A stretch of DNA of 63,877 bases, the filler included, from Lenisia limosa (lineage: Eukaryota; Protista; Breviatea), in assembly GCA_001655205.1 (NCBI GenBank). It is 15 parts of 15 records of this genome, joined end to end, with 100 filler letters (N's around TTAATTAATTAA, not from the genome) between each part and the next. Parts side by side here need not be neighbours in the genome. Positions count along the whole stretch, not along the records: positions 12,168 to 26,520 come from LPNZ01011602.1; positions 26,621 to 28,927 come from LPNZ01010524.1; positions 29,028 to 30,315 come from LPNZ01003850.1; positions 30,416 to 37,349 come from LPNZ01010850.1; positions 37,450 to 41,931 come from LPNZ01007876.1; 10 more parts are not named here. One strand, 5' to 3'. A program made the translations under genes and the position numbers. Shown here piece by piece: positions 24,978-37,587 of this stretch. The notes beneath the pieces are model-generated. The model did no database searches and was not told the DNA's origin. It was given only the letters and a program-made list of their open reading frames with translations. Position 1 is the stretch's first letter. Each line of letters starts with the position of its first letter.

Positions 24978-26199
24978 CATTAGCCACATCTGTCCTATTA
25001 AGAAATGTAACAAACGCTACCGCACGAGGGAGGGCTTGATACAGCACTTCAAAATGCATACAGGAAAGGTTGGGAGTGCTATTACATCATTTCATCACCG
25101 TTTTTAATACTCATATTGCTCTCATTGTTTATCAAACTATTCACCTCTTGTAAGTATGTTGGGGAGGTACGCAAAAAGCTGTGTGCTTGGGTGAATTAAT
25201 ATTTTACTGTAATTCAATATCTCTTATATGNNNNNNNNNNNNNNNNNNNNNNNNNNNNNNNNNNTGTTTTGGTGTTTATACCCCAAATGCAATGAGGGTT
25301 TTGTATGTCAGGCTCATCTGGATGTTCACACTCGATCTCATACAAAAGAAAAGCCGTTTAAGTAAGCTTTTTTGAGGCAAGAAAATATTTATGAATATTT
25401 TGGGGATACTTGAGAGAAAAAATGCATAAGGTAAACATGCGTCCTTTTTCAGTTCTGACTATTCAGGTGTCGATTCCCTGGGTGCAACAAAATGTTCTCA
25501 CAAAAGGGCAACTTGAGGGTAGGACAGACTTTTTTGCTTTCTTTGAAATGATGAATACAACAACTGCTTCACTGTGTTTGAAAAAAGATGTCGATGTTAT
25601 ACTTTCTTGAATTATTGGGGGTTTTTTATTGGTACATGCAGAACTCAGCCACCTCTTCTGACTATTAACTGATAAATGACACATTAGGTTCATTTCCAAG
25701 TCCACCTCAAGAACCTTCCTGAAGGGATGGAATACTACAGTAGCCCTAAGTAAGCCAAGATCAGTATCAATTGTTACTTCGTTCATCTTCTGTTGGTCTT
25801 TACCCCCCCCCCTGCAGGGTATTAAAGCTTACTTACCCTTGTTTGTTTCCTAAATGTGGCGCCATTTTCAATAACGATTACGACCTCTACGTTCATTGCA
25901 GGTGTGTTTGTGAAATGTTTTGACAAATAAACTCAAAATAAGGAACTCATCTTTTCACCAAATATCCAATTTAACAAGACATTTTGTTCTTCATGTTTGG
26001 GTCAGAGGTAGGGCTTCACTTCTGTTCGAAAATTTCATGGAAATTATCGATAGTTTTCGAGGATTTTTCGAGAAATTTAGTGTTTTTTCGAACGGAAGAG
26101 AAGCCCTAGTGGTGACTCCAGGCTTATTTGAAGTTCACACCTTGCAGGTTGCACCAAGGCCACTTTCCATTCAAATGCCGCTTCCCTCATTGTACTAAT
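24978..26199 (+). CDS. C2H2 zinc-finger protein with at least 5 fingers; both ends uncertain
   Basis: HICPIKKCNKRYRTREGLIQHFKMHTGK; YPKCNEGFVCQAHLDVHTRSHTKEKPFK; CRFPGCNKMFSQKGNLRVHFQVH; YPCLFPKCGAIFNNDYDLYVHCRLH; FPFKCRFPHCTN. Fingers are split by GT-AG introns. Confidence 0.85.
26009..26108. mobile_element. Family A foldback/MITE-like element, consensus type, flanked by TA
   Basis: TA-GGGCTTCACTTCTGTTCGAAAA..core..TTTTTTCGAACGGAAGAGAAGCCC-TA. Further copies at about 3428-3511, 27440-27534, 28325-28419, 35414-35511, 35755-35826, 38669-38697, 50665-50706, 59190-59288, 61025-61106, 61133-61210 and 61737-61822. Confidence 0.85.
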
Positions 26200-26747
26200 G
26201 TGAGTTTACCAAGGTTTTAACTCACCGAGTGGGCTCGTATTGGGATGGGATTTGTTTTACCTCACAGTGGGAAATACTTCCAAAACAGGTGATGGTGATA
26301 TGACCTACCGACTCATAGTATTACAATGGCAATTGTCATAATACGATATGATATTTGATTATGACTGTTTTGGCGTTGACGGCTCGGCTGGATACCTTTA
26401 GGCTAGTTGATATATCAGTGGGGAGCAACGCAGAAAACTGTGTGCACAGAGTTGTAAGGCAAATTATTGTGTCAATTAGCATTATACTATAATTCAATAT
26501 CTCTTATAAGCGTGATGGTGNNNNNNNNNNNNNNNNNNNNNNNNNNNNNNNNNNNNNNNNNNNNTTAATTAATTAANNNNNNNNNNNNNNNNNNNNNNNN
26601 NNNNNNNNNNNNNNNNNNNNAAATACACCACCCCCCGTTCGCTGGAATGATGGGATGCTGCTACAGAATTCTTGTGTGTTGTCAGCCAACAGTTTTTTGT
26701 TTCATATATTTTCCAATTCTAATTCCCTCATCATCATACTTCCCTAG

Positions 26748-28577
26748 GCTGCACAACTACAAGAACCCTTACCTTGCCCCCATTGGACACTCCTATCAAC
26801 TCGAACAGGTGGAGAGGGGGGGGGGGGGTCTNNNNNNNNNNNNNNNNNNNNNNNNNNNNNNNNNNNNNNNNNNNNNNNNNNNNNNNNNNNATAAGCGTAC
26901 GGCTTTGGCCAGATACAACCTTGTGATTTCTCATTTCTACAAACATGCATACATACCTACATTTAATAGATTAGGAAAGTATAATGTACTATATGACAAT
27001 AACTCTCGTCTTCACTAAAAAAACTCTAAGGTGATATTGACGTATTGATTTGTTTCCTGAATGATATTATTTCCAAAAACATTCTAAATCTAACCCGTTT
27101 TAGGATGGCTCACATCGCCAGTGCATTCATGCCGAATTGGATATCAGCGGAACAAGAATGAGGTTAGTGGCCTCGGCGGTGACAGCCCTTGTGTATTGTC
27201 AGCCAACAGAGTTGATTTTAGTCCTTTTTTGTTTCATCAATTTTCAGACCTTACCTTTGCTCATCGATTTCCTTCGTTTTACACCCCCCCCCCTCCAGAT
27301 ACAGACCTGGCGACCACTTAGCGGTTCTTCCTAGCAACCCCAAGGAAATGGTTGATTCTTTCCTCGATCATTATGGAGTGGACGGCAACCGAGTCATCAA
27401 AATGTTCCATCATGGTGGGGGGGGGGGGATAACACTCGTGCTTCACTTCGGTTCGAAAAAAAGACTGAATTTCTCGAAAAATCCTCAAAACTGTTGATAT
27501 TTTCCCGGTCTTTTTTGAACCGAAGTTTAACCCTAAATTTAACGTAACGTGGCATTCCTCCAAGAAGCTGGAGTAGAGCTTTTCACATCATGCAGTTTTA
27601 TCAAACTTAATGTTCCTCCTAGAAACGGGAGAAGAACTCTTCAAGGGCCCCTTGTCCATCCGAGTCATCTTTGAGAAACTGACTGACCTGGCCTCGCCTC
27701 CCCGCAAGGACTTCTTGAAGGTTTGGCTTGCAGTATAGTCTTGTACCCTTGTACCGACAGTATACCTGTCCGGCGTTTAAATTTTTCACCCTATTAGCCG
27801 ACAAGTTGATTTTGCTTCTTTTTTTTTGTTTAATGTAAAGGATCTAAATTTTCCTTTTCACCCCCTCCCCCAGCTGATGAAGTTCTACGCTACAGACCCC
27901 AAGGAAATTAAGGAGCTTGAACTACTTTCTTCTCTCTCGGATGAAGGAAAGGTATAGAGAGGAGTCATATTTGATCCTTACTATTTTGAATTAATATTAA
28001 ACTATGATCCAATATCTCTTATAAGCGCCGGATATAACCATTTATTATTTTGTTTTTCTCATTGCTATACAAGAAGGGTTGCTGTTTTTGAATTATTTTT
28101 TGTATGCTACTCCATTACACCGTCCTGTCTAAATCCCCCTAGTTGGCCTATGAAGAAAAGATTCATGTGTGTCGAATGACCCTCTACGAGGCCTTCTTCA
28201 CGTTTCCTTCAGTCAAAATGCCCCTCGATCATTTCATTGAAGCGGTTCCCCCCCTCTCACCTCGCTACTACTCCATCTCGTCCTCTCCTCTCGTGAGGGT
28301 GGTGGAGGTTAAGATTTTTATTAAAACTTCCTTGCGGTTCCGAAACACCTGTAAAATATCGACATTTTTTGAGGATTTATCAAGAATTCAGTCTTTTCTG
28401 GAACCGAAAGTGAAGCCCTCGTATTTGTTCTCTTTTGAGCTTTTTTTTTTGTTTCATAAATTTTCCAATTTTACCTCCACCCCCATAGGCCCATCCCAAG
28501 TCCATTCACATCACCTTCCGCGTGGTAGATTGGCGTACCCCCCAGGGCAAGGGAATCAAGGGCATTGCAACGTCATG
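26748..28577 (+). CDS. NADPH-cytochrome P450 reductase-like diflavin reductase, FAD-binding region (internal fragment)
   Basis: KNPYLAPI; RQCIHAELDISGTRMRYRPGDHLAVLPSNPKEMV; LTDLASPPRKDFL; PLDHFIEAVPPLSPRYYSISSSP; SIHITFRVV..GIATSW. The RYYSISSS and Y..GDHLAV.P.N motifs are those of the POR/NOS/MTRR family. Confidence 0.9.
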
Positions 28578-28763
28578 GTTGGTTTCGTAGGGATGAACAG
28601 GGGATTTTAAGGACGCGATTGTCAGAAGCTTCAATTTCTAATTTTACTCCCCCTCCCTATATGAAAGAGTTTTTTTATTATTTCAAGTAGTATAGTATAT
28701 ATATGATATGTATATTATATATTTGATATAGCTTTATGATAATATACATATATATATCCAAGG

Positions 28764-28894
28764 CCTCCGTGCAATTAATTGAAAAAAAAAATAGCCAAAT
28801 TTGAAACGAGACCTATTGTCATGGGATCTCCATTTCAGACACTTTAATTTCAAATTTTGTCAATCAATATCTTCAAAAAGATAATTGCACGGAT
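28764..28894. mobile_element. Family D MITE-like element (CTCCGTGCAATTAATT termini)
   Basis: CTCCGTGCAATTAATT ... ATAATTGCACGGA. Related copies at 30049-30150, 34438-34541, about 41385-41482, 50130-50235, 56640-56701, 59425-59539 and 60250-60360. Confidence 0.75.
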
Positions 28895-29104
28895 CTACAT
28901 ATTTATTTACATCATATATTTCTGATANNNNNNNNNNNNNNNNNNNNNNNNNNNNNNNNNNNNNNNNNNNNTTAATTAATTAANNNNNNNNNNNNNNNNN
29001 NNNNNNNNNNNNNNNNNNNNNNNNNNNCCTGGTGCTAATATTGTTCATCGAAATTTCCGTTTGTTTGTTTCATAGATTTCCAATTTCACCCCCTCAGAAG
29101 CGAC

Positions 29105-29199
29105 TGTCCTGGTTTGTTTTGTTGTTGTCAACCCTCGTGTGTTGTCGGAGTTGATTTGGGCTTTTTGTTTCATAAATTTTCCAATTTTACTTGGCTCAG
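29105..29199 (+). repeat. Family C element abutting an acceptor (second of two tandem 3' modules)
   Basis: GTCCTGGTTTGTTTTGTTGTTGTCAACCCTCGTGTGTTGTCGGAGTTGATTTGGGCTTTTTGTTTCATAAATTTTCCAATTTTACTTGGCTCAG|exon. Confidence 0.85.
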
Positions 29200-30315
29200 G
29201 TGCCAGGCCTGTCCCTCCGGCTTCGAGAACACGCCGGGTTATGCTACGGGTGTGGCGTGTCAGGATGTCAATGAGTGCGTGACCCTGTCCAACCCATGCG
29301 CACACAAGCCAAACTCAGAATGTGGGGGAAGGTCATTGTTGTCACATGAATGTGATTGTTCGTTATTTCCAAGGAAAATTGGTCAAGACTTATCACTGTC
29401 ACTGTGTACCTCGTCAGAATGTCCTTTTACACCCTTCCCCACAGGTAGCAACACATATGGCGGATACGTCTGCAACTGTCTGTCCACATACACGACTGGC
29501 GAGGACGGCAAATGTTACGGTGCTCAGGGTTTCGACGGCTTTTCTATGGTAAAAGCTGCTCCACATTGTTAAGATTGTTATATATTGTCACGATTTGCAT
29601 AGGTGCGAGTCATAGTATTTCCTTGTGAGAGTGTAAACAGCTTCAGCCAACTACTGTTAATAGAAGTCCTTAACTTCACATTAACACCACAGATCGCAAT
29701 GAATGTTTGCTTGATGGCGAGTGTTCCAAGCCCCATATGACTTGGTGAGGGGGGGGGGGTATTAAACATCCTTAGAAGAACGGGAGGGTTTTTTCTTCAT
29801 ATTTGAAATAAAGTCTAAGATTTCGCTTGACACAAATTACCTATAACACAGAATATTGTATGATCCAATATCTCATATGGGCGTGAGGATGTGAGCGGCT
29901 TCCATCCCAACTTCTCACATCCACAGCACCAATCTTGAGGGCTCTTTCGAATGCGGCTGTGAAGATCACTTCAGACTCAGCGGAGACAAGTCCAAATGTG
30001 TCGATGTTAATGAGGTGAGATGTCGATGATTTGTGTTATTACACTAGTGCTCCGTGCAAAATAATTATTTGAAAATTTAATTGCAAAATTTGGAGACTTT
30101 AATTTTAAATTTTATAAATTATTTTCTTCAAAAAATTAACTACATGGAGCCCTGCCACATAGTGATAATGACTTTGTAGTGCACGGAAGGTCTCGATGAC
30201 TGCCAAATGGTCTGTGTCAACAACGTGGGCGGCTACTCCTGCGACTGTCATGCTGGCTACCAGCTGACTGACAGCTCCAACTGCGGCGATATCAATGAAT
30301 GCGTCAATGCTGGTG
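29200..30315 (+). CDS. Calcium-binding EGF-repeat protein (fibrillin/fibulin-like array), internal fragment
   Basis: [114 protein letters not shown]. These match the D-x-N-E-C and C-x-N-x-x-G-x-Y/F-x-C cbEGF consensus. Confidence 0.92.
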
Positions 30316-30826
30316 NNNNNNNNNNNNNNNNNNNNNNNNNNNNNNNNNNNNNNNNNNNNTTAATTAATTAANNNNNNNNNNNNNNNNNNNNNNNNNNNNN
30401 NNNNNNNNNNNNNNNAGTTCACAGAACAGCGAAGTTAACGAGCGGGAGATCCAGCGATCTGTCAAACCTGCCTTCTTTATGCACGGCCTTCTTGCACTTG
30501 CTTTGGTAGGAATGGGGCTGTAAATTTTTGGAACGTCACATGTGCATCATTTCTTAGAATCTTTCAAAGAAAAACGTTTTTTCACGGAGTGATGGGATGC
30601 AGCGCTGCAGAAGCGAATGGCCTGGGCTTTGTTTNNNNNNNNNNNNNNNNNNNNNNNNNNNNNNNNNNNNNNNNNNNNNNNNNNNNNNNNNNNNNNNNNN
30701 NNNNNNNNNNNNNNNNNNNNNNNNNNNNNNNNNNNNNNNNNNNNNNNNNNNNNNNNNNNNNNNNNNNNNNNNNNNNNNNNNNNNACATTATATTTCTCCT
30801 AATCCTAAATGACATTACACATGCAG

Positions 30827-33800
30827 ATTGTCGGACCGAATTCGCCCGTAGTTATCGACAACGAAGAGAAGACCGACGAACAGTTCAGCCTCTTATCGAG
30901 AATTGCTGCTCTCGCTGTTATTATTGCTGGGTGAGGAGAACTGCTGCTCTCGTTGTTATTATTGCTGGGTACAGAGAATAATCATTGAATATCTTGGTGG
31001 GGGTGGGGTACTGAGGAGTTCCAATTTGCATGTGAGTTTAGTCTTTGTTTTTTTCATTAATAGCATTCTAATTAATTAATTATGAGGACAAAAAAGAAAT
31101 ATTATAATGTAATTGTTCTAAAACGTTTGCATTGATTCAGATACAGCAATATCATTACATATTAACAATCATATTGGCCGGATAGGAGTATCCGTTTTAG
31201 ATTTGAGGGATGGTGCATAAATATACAGTGTAATAATTAAATTTGCCCTTTCACCCCCAGATACGCCCTGTCCGGGCCGGCCTCACGAAGTCGGAGAATG
31301 GTCATTCTCAGTCTTAGTACCACCCTAGCCCACTCGCTGCTGTGTGCCGTTGCAATCAGTCGCGGAAATTGGCAGGCAGATGACTCGGCGGAAGTGGCGG
31401 CCGNNNNNNNNNNNNNNNNNNNNNNNNNNNNNNNNNNNNNNNNNNNNNNNNNNNNNNNNNNNNNNNNNNNNNNNNNNNNNNNNNNNNNNNNNNNNNNNNN
31501 NNNNNNNNNNNNNNNNNNNNNNNNNNNNNNNNNNNNNNNNNNNNNNNNNNNNNNNNNNNNNNNNNNNNNNNNNNNNNNNNNNNNNNNNNNNNNNNNNNNN
31601 NNNNNNNNNNNNNNNNNNNNNNNNNNNNNNNNNNNNNNNNNNNNNNNNNNNNNNNNNNNNNTGGGACTCCTTGGTGCCTCTGCACTGCCCATCATCCACA
31701 TTCTCCAGCTTGTGTCGGATACCACCTCGGAAGGGTCATTTACGGCCTCTTTGGTGGTCTTACTGCTGGTGCTGTTTATCGGGTGGGAATATGTTTGTTG
31801 ATTCTGGGGCTTTTTCAGAAATTTTCCATTCTTATCCCCCCCCCCCCCNNNNNNNNNNNNNNNNNNNNNNNNNNNNNNNNNNNNNNNNNNNNNNNNNNNN
31901 NNNNNNNNNNNNNNNNNNNNNNNNNNNNNNNNNNNNNNNNNNNNNNNNNNNNNNNNNNNNNNNNNNNNNNNNNNNNNNNNNNNNNNNNNNNAGTTGATTT
32001 TGGACTTCTTTTTTGTTTTGTTTTATAAATATTCCTAGTTTTCACCCTCCCTCCAGGTACCTTCACATGGCAAGTAAAACAAGTTACGTCAATTTAATAG
32101 CGGGTGTGACAGTCGATTACCAAAGTGAACGTCAGAAGGTGTGTGTGGCCTCTTTTTAGTGTCCGAATTGAAACACACCACCCCATTGGGGTTCAGTTAG
32201 GGATTCCCTACGATCCCAAGAAAGACTGAATTTCTCGATAAATCCTCGATAAATATCGATATTTGAACGGTCTTTTTCGGACCGTAGGGAAGCTCTCACA
32301 GTGCTACTAAAGGGACTGGTCTGGACTTTGTGTGTTTTGTTTTTGTTTGATTCAACCGTTGTGTGCTGCTAGCCAAAAGAGTTGATTTTATGCCTTTTGT
32401 TTCATAATGCTCCAATTTACCCCCTAGCTGGCCACAATCCAGCTTTCTCTCGTATCCGCCTCCCAAATTGAGACGGCTCTCCGGGGCCTCTCGGACCGGT
32501 CTAATCCGTCTTCGGCCGAATACTTTTCGTNNNNNNNNNNNNNNNNNNNNNNNNNNNNNNNNNNNNNNNNNNNNNNNNNNNNNNNNNNNNNNNNNNNNNN
32601 TTATTCATTTTATTGATCAGATCATTTGTGCCATTTTAGAACTGTTTTATTGAGCATTTTGACCATTTTAGCTACGGTTGTGGTGACGAAGATTGTGAGC
32701 CTCAGCAGCCTCATTGCCGGCCTCTCCCCACTCGAGGTTTGATGGAACTGGCCTGGGCTTTATTTGTTTTATTGTTATCAACCCTCGTTTGTTGTCAGCC
32801 AATAGAGTTGATTTTGACTTTTTCTGTTTCATAAAATTTCCAATTTTACCCCTCCCAGGTGGCTGAGACAATCCAGCATCTCTATAATTCTTTTGACAAC
32901 ATTCTACTGAGCCACTCGCAGATCATGAGGATCAAAACCCTTGGTAGGTGTATTATTTCTCCGATAATGACTTTATTAATCGATTAAGCGAATTGAGTTA
33001 ATTAATCGATCCAAATAATTGACTGAATTAATCGGTGTGCTTCTCAAATATTAAGCCAATTGGGTTATTTTTATTTTTTGTTTTATTATTTCTTCATAAA
33101 CACAATACGAGTAAATTACATTTACCCCCCCCCCCAGGTCCGGTCTACGCCTTCCTAAGTGGAGGCCCTGTTTCTTGCAACACTCACGGCCACATCTGCC
33201 TCAAAGTCGCCCAGGTTGGGGGGTGGGGGGGATTATGCATATCCCTGTACTTATGAAATTATCAAATTTCAAATAATTTTACGAAATTAGGAGTTCCTCC
33301 GAGCCGCCTCGACTATCAAGCTCTCTGATGGCGCGTTCGTCCAAATCCAACTCGGGATGCATTCGTAAGGGGGATATAATTGTTTAATTTATACGATATC
33401 ATATATGATATTGAGGCACTATTTTGATGATTGGTGGGGTAAGGTTTGGGGAGGAGTAGGGGAAGATAATATTGATTATTAGGGGAGTTAGTATTATTTT
33501 TATTATTTTATTTTTATATTGTAATGTGATCCAAAAACGGCTTCTTTCAAAATGCAATTAGCACAAGAGTTTTACCTGGAATAACTCATGACTTTACAGC
33601 GGCCCTGTCATGGGAGGACTGGTCGGCAAGGACGTTTTGAGCTACACTGTGCTTGGAGCTGTGTACCCCGGAGCGGTTCGACTCATGCTGACTGGTGGGG
33701 GGGGGGACACTTTGGTTCGAATAATGAACACTTTGTTCGAATAATGACTGAATTTGTCATATACACCTGAAGTTCGAATAATGACTGAATTTGTCATATA

Positions 33801-36800
33801 CACCTGAATAAATCTTGACCCATTTTTCTTGGGAAATCATATAGCAAATCGTCCCGGTCACTGTAACTTTCACTGGCTCGATCCGACCGCAGGTTGTTAT
33901 TCATAAACATTATTAACTTTGGCGTTCGACGAGAAGCGAACAGCTGGAGGGAAGGCGGAAACAAAATTCATAAACATGTTTGATACTATAACCCTTTTTA
34001 AAAAGGTTGCCAATAGTTTATAAACGTGTTTGATACTCTGAAATACCCTTTGTCATTTTTCAATTTTCCTGCATGTTTTTGAGCTTTCATTCGTCGTTTT
34101 CTGTTTCTCAAAACAAAAACAAAACAACAACAGCAATAACACCACCACCAATAATTGCAACGCGCTAACGTGGCGTAGGTGCCCAGGATCGCGTGCATAT
34201 CAGTCCCGTAGCCCGTGCCGCGATTGGCCATCATGGCAACGGCTTGCAGAACCGGGGTGCTGTCGTGGTGCCTGACATGGGCGTACAGCACACGTTTTGG
34301 TGCAGCAGTGAGGGGTGTATACATTGTATATTACACAGAACATAAACATCACTGTTATAGCTATATGTATGATATACGCTTTATACTGTATGTATAGTGC
34401 AGTATCTTGTTGAGATACATTTTATTTATTTCTAGGTCTCCGTGCAATTAATTTTTAAGGAAATAAGTGTCGGAAATGGGGTTCTGGTTACAATATGTCC
34501 CGTCACATTTTAAAAATAATTTCTCAATTAAGTGCAGGGAGCTACAAGTTATATCCCACAGTTGACACACTTATATCCCTTGCAGCTGATACGCCCATTG
34601 CTGAGTTGGCGAATACGAAACTTCCGCCTTCTCTCTCATCCGTTCGCTTCTCGTCGAACGCCAAAGTGTGGGGGGTCCATTTGCACATTTACACACAATA
34701 TATATTCTCCATCACCACTACAGTTGGGCCGATCAACAAACCGCCTCATGTCGCCCCGGGCGCCCATCCAGGTCTGTCTTTTCAACCCTCTCCAGTCTTT
34801 TTTTTTTTTTTTTTTTTTNNNNNNNNNNNNNNNNNNNNNNNNNNNNNNNNNNNNNNNNNNNNNNNNNNNNNNNNNNNNNNNNNNNNNNNNNNNNNNNNNN
34901 NNNNNNNNNGGATGCTCCGAACTCTTCAAGAAAGATGCTTTTGTCATCTTCCCGCCCGTAAGCCTTCTTTTTGATTTCTCTGCTTTCTTCTTTGATTACA
35001 GGCATTTATAACTGTTCTATTCTTCAATTCATTACATTATTCATAGGTCTTCACTTTGGTTCGAAAAAGACCGGTAATATATCGGTAGTTTTCGAGGTAA
35101 TAATTGTAGTTTTGTCGAGATATTTCTTAGAATTGATAGACCCATCATGAAATTATCCCATTGGAGTAACATTTTCACTAGAAAAATATTTTGGAACGTC
35201 ACGTCCCTTAATGGAGTCGGATAAAATGCAGCAGCAATACACAATGTCAAAAATAAACTTGCCTAAATGCCAACAGTATTTCTCGAGAAATTCAGTCTTT
35301 CGAAATGAAGCCCTCATTATGATCACTGATTTTCAAGATAAATCCTCGCTATACAGGCCTCGTATTGAATTCAACTGCCACTACACTCATCCTGCCCATA
35401 ACCCCCATCACATTAGGGCTTCACCTCGGTTCGAAAAAGGACTGAAATACTCGATAAATCCTTGAAAACTATCGATATTTTACCGATCTGTTTCAAACCG
35501 AAGTGAAGCCCAAACCACAATTCCCTTTTCTTTGTGTAATACCCATATAGCACTCGAAATAACCCTCATCATTTAGCCTTGAGACAAAGGAGGAACGCGA
35601 AATGGCCGAAATCTACAAGCTGGCAGAACAGGTACGTTCTTATTTGGTCGGATTACCTGTTCTAAACGTTTTATTATTATTATTATTTATTATTATTTGA
35701 TTACTTTAAAACAATTCTTATTTGATTTTTTTCTACAATTTGTATGTTATAAGACTCAATTTCTTGATAAACCCTCGAAAACTGTCGGTTTTTTACCGAG
35801 CTTTTTCGGACCGAAATGAAGCCCTAATGTTTTGATTATTATGATGCTTCGATCAATTACCCTTTTCTTAATTTTCGTTTCTAAATAACCACCAATGATT
35901 CAATCCTCCTCCACTCTCAAGTGAGCTACATTCGTGTTCACCTTTCCCCTCTCAGTACGCTACGGATCTTGCAGACCATTCAGTAGCCCAGCACACAGCA
36001 GCGCACTTACCCCTTGCTTTCCCCATTTTGAGCAAGTCCAAACCCGTGTTCAAAGCAGTGTGGCTCCAGGAGGTGGGGGGTAAGAGAAGGCAATATCATA
36101 GATAAATATAATTCTATAAACTGGATCCGCCCTTTTGCCCCTGACATTTCTGACATTTTTCATCTTGATGCTCTCTTTTTCTGTGGGTTTTTTTTGTGGC
36201 AGTTCAACAGCCAGGTCTTTATGCTCCTTGTTTCAATAGACTTTACTGCAAAACAATGACATTTGCAGGCTGATTACAGTCGAAGATTTATTCACCCCCG
36301 CATATGTAATGTAATTATATCATAATATTATATTATCTTATTTCTCCTCCTGACATTTTCGGGCTGATTTCAGTCTAATAGTAATTTGATGTCTCCTGAC
36401 ATTACAGGCGGAGGCGCTGCGCGTAAGGCATTCGGTCACAAAGGCGCGCCTCATGTTCCTGGGCGTTTCGGTGGTCTATCTTATCCTGGCCTATATCAAT
36501 GACATGTAGGGGGGGGGGNNNNNNNNNNNNNNNNNNNNNNNNNNNNNNNNNNNNNNNNNNNNNNNNNNNNNNNNNNNNNNNNNNNNNNNNNNNNNNNNNN
36601 NNNNNNNNNNNNNNNNNNNNNNNNNNNNNNNNNNNNNNNNNNNNNNNNNNNNNNNNNNNNNNNNNNNNNNNNNNNNNNNNNNNNNNNNNNNNNNNNNNNN
36701 NNNNNNNNAATACAAACATTTTATGATGATATTTCCTTACTTTCACCTTTCATTGACACTCTCTCAAGTATTACATTGACACTATACGATGATGATTGAC

Positions 36801-37210
36801 CATCCAGCGGCAGCCTCGCCCTGACTGCGAGTCTGACCATAGTGCCCATTTTGGCGTGCTTCACGATTTTCCTCAGTATGAAGCAGCTGATTCCCGTCAT
36901 CCAATCTGAGGACCTTTCCCATGGGTCAAGGTGGGGGGGGGTAGTATGGATATTGTTTTCGGCTTCCCTACGGTCCGAAAAAAACCGTTAAAATATCGTC
37001 AAGGATTTATCGAGATATTCAGTTTTTTTCGGGCCCGTAGGAAATCACTAATCATATACAGTTAGAATCACTATAAAATAAACAGGGGTACCACTCCCCA
37101 ATTAATTCCCCGCAGAATCTCCCCCCACCTCAAACGGATGTACATTTGGGGCACGCTCACGCTTATGATGGCGTACGCATCACTTTGCGCGCTTGCGTTC
37201 ATGGAAGACG
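30827..37210 (+). CDS. Multi-pass membrane class III nucleotide cyclase (TM block - cyclase domain - TM block), partial
   Basis: Hydrophobic exons at 30827-32130. Cyclase-homology exons at 32672-34305 read TVVVTKIVSLSSLIAGLSPLEVAETIQHLYNSFDNIL..RIKTLGPVYAFLSG..IQLGMHSGPVMGGLVGKDVLSYTVLGAVYPGAVRLMLTGAQDRVHIS..RGAVVVPDMGVQHTFW. A second set of TM exons lies at 36408-37210. Confidence 0.8.
32745..32858 (+). repeat. Family C element forming nearly the whole 122-nt intron 32737-32858
   Basis: GTTTGATGGA-ACTGGCCTGGGCTTTATTTGTTTT..GCCAATAGAGTTGATTTTGACTTTTTCTGTTTCATAAAATTTCCAATTTTACCCCTCCCAG. The flanking exons join in frame (..SPLE|VAET..). Confidence 0.88.
33735..33808. repeat. 37-bp tandem duplication derived from a family A arm
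   Basis: GTTCGAATAATGACTGAATTTGTCATATACACCTGAA x2, preceded by a partial ACACTTTGGTTCGAATAATG. Confidence 0.75.
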
Positions 37211-37449
37211 AGTGGGGGGGGGTGTCTTTTTTGGGATTAAGAAGTGCCTTTTTTGGGATAAGAATTGAGGCTTTTCTCAAAACACTACATGTATCCCCCC
37301 ACTCCCTCTAAGTTATATGAAACAAATCCCCGATGGGATGCGGTGCTGCNNNNNNNNNNNNNNNNNNNNNNNNNNNNNNNNNNNNNNNNNNNNTTAATTA
37401 ATTAANNNNNNNNNNNNNNNNNNNNNNNNNNNNNNNNNNNNNNNNNNNN

Positions 37450-37587
37450 TATTTCAAGCTATATCCCCATCATATTTCAAGCTATATCCCCATCATATTT
37501 CAAGCTATACCCCCATCATATTTCAAGCTATATCCCCATCATATTTCAAGCTATATCCCCATCATATTTCAAGCTATATCCCCTATA
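37450..37587. repeat. 23-bp minisatellite, 6 copies
   Basis: TATTTCAAGCTATATCCCCATCA x6 with no spacers, at a scaffold edge. Confidence 0.92.

Noticed and set aside
26009-26108. GGTTCGAA in family A as a tRNA T-loop/B-box (tRNA gene or SINE)
   Set aside because: There is no A-box, cloverleaf or downstream CC of the B-box consensus, and the motif is simply mirrored in both arms.
37450-37587. 23-bp repeat array as CRISPR or telomeric repeat
   Set aside because: It has no spacers, the unit is not a G-rich telomere-type motif, and it lies in a CHAF1B intron at a scaffold edge.
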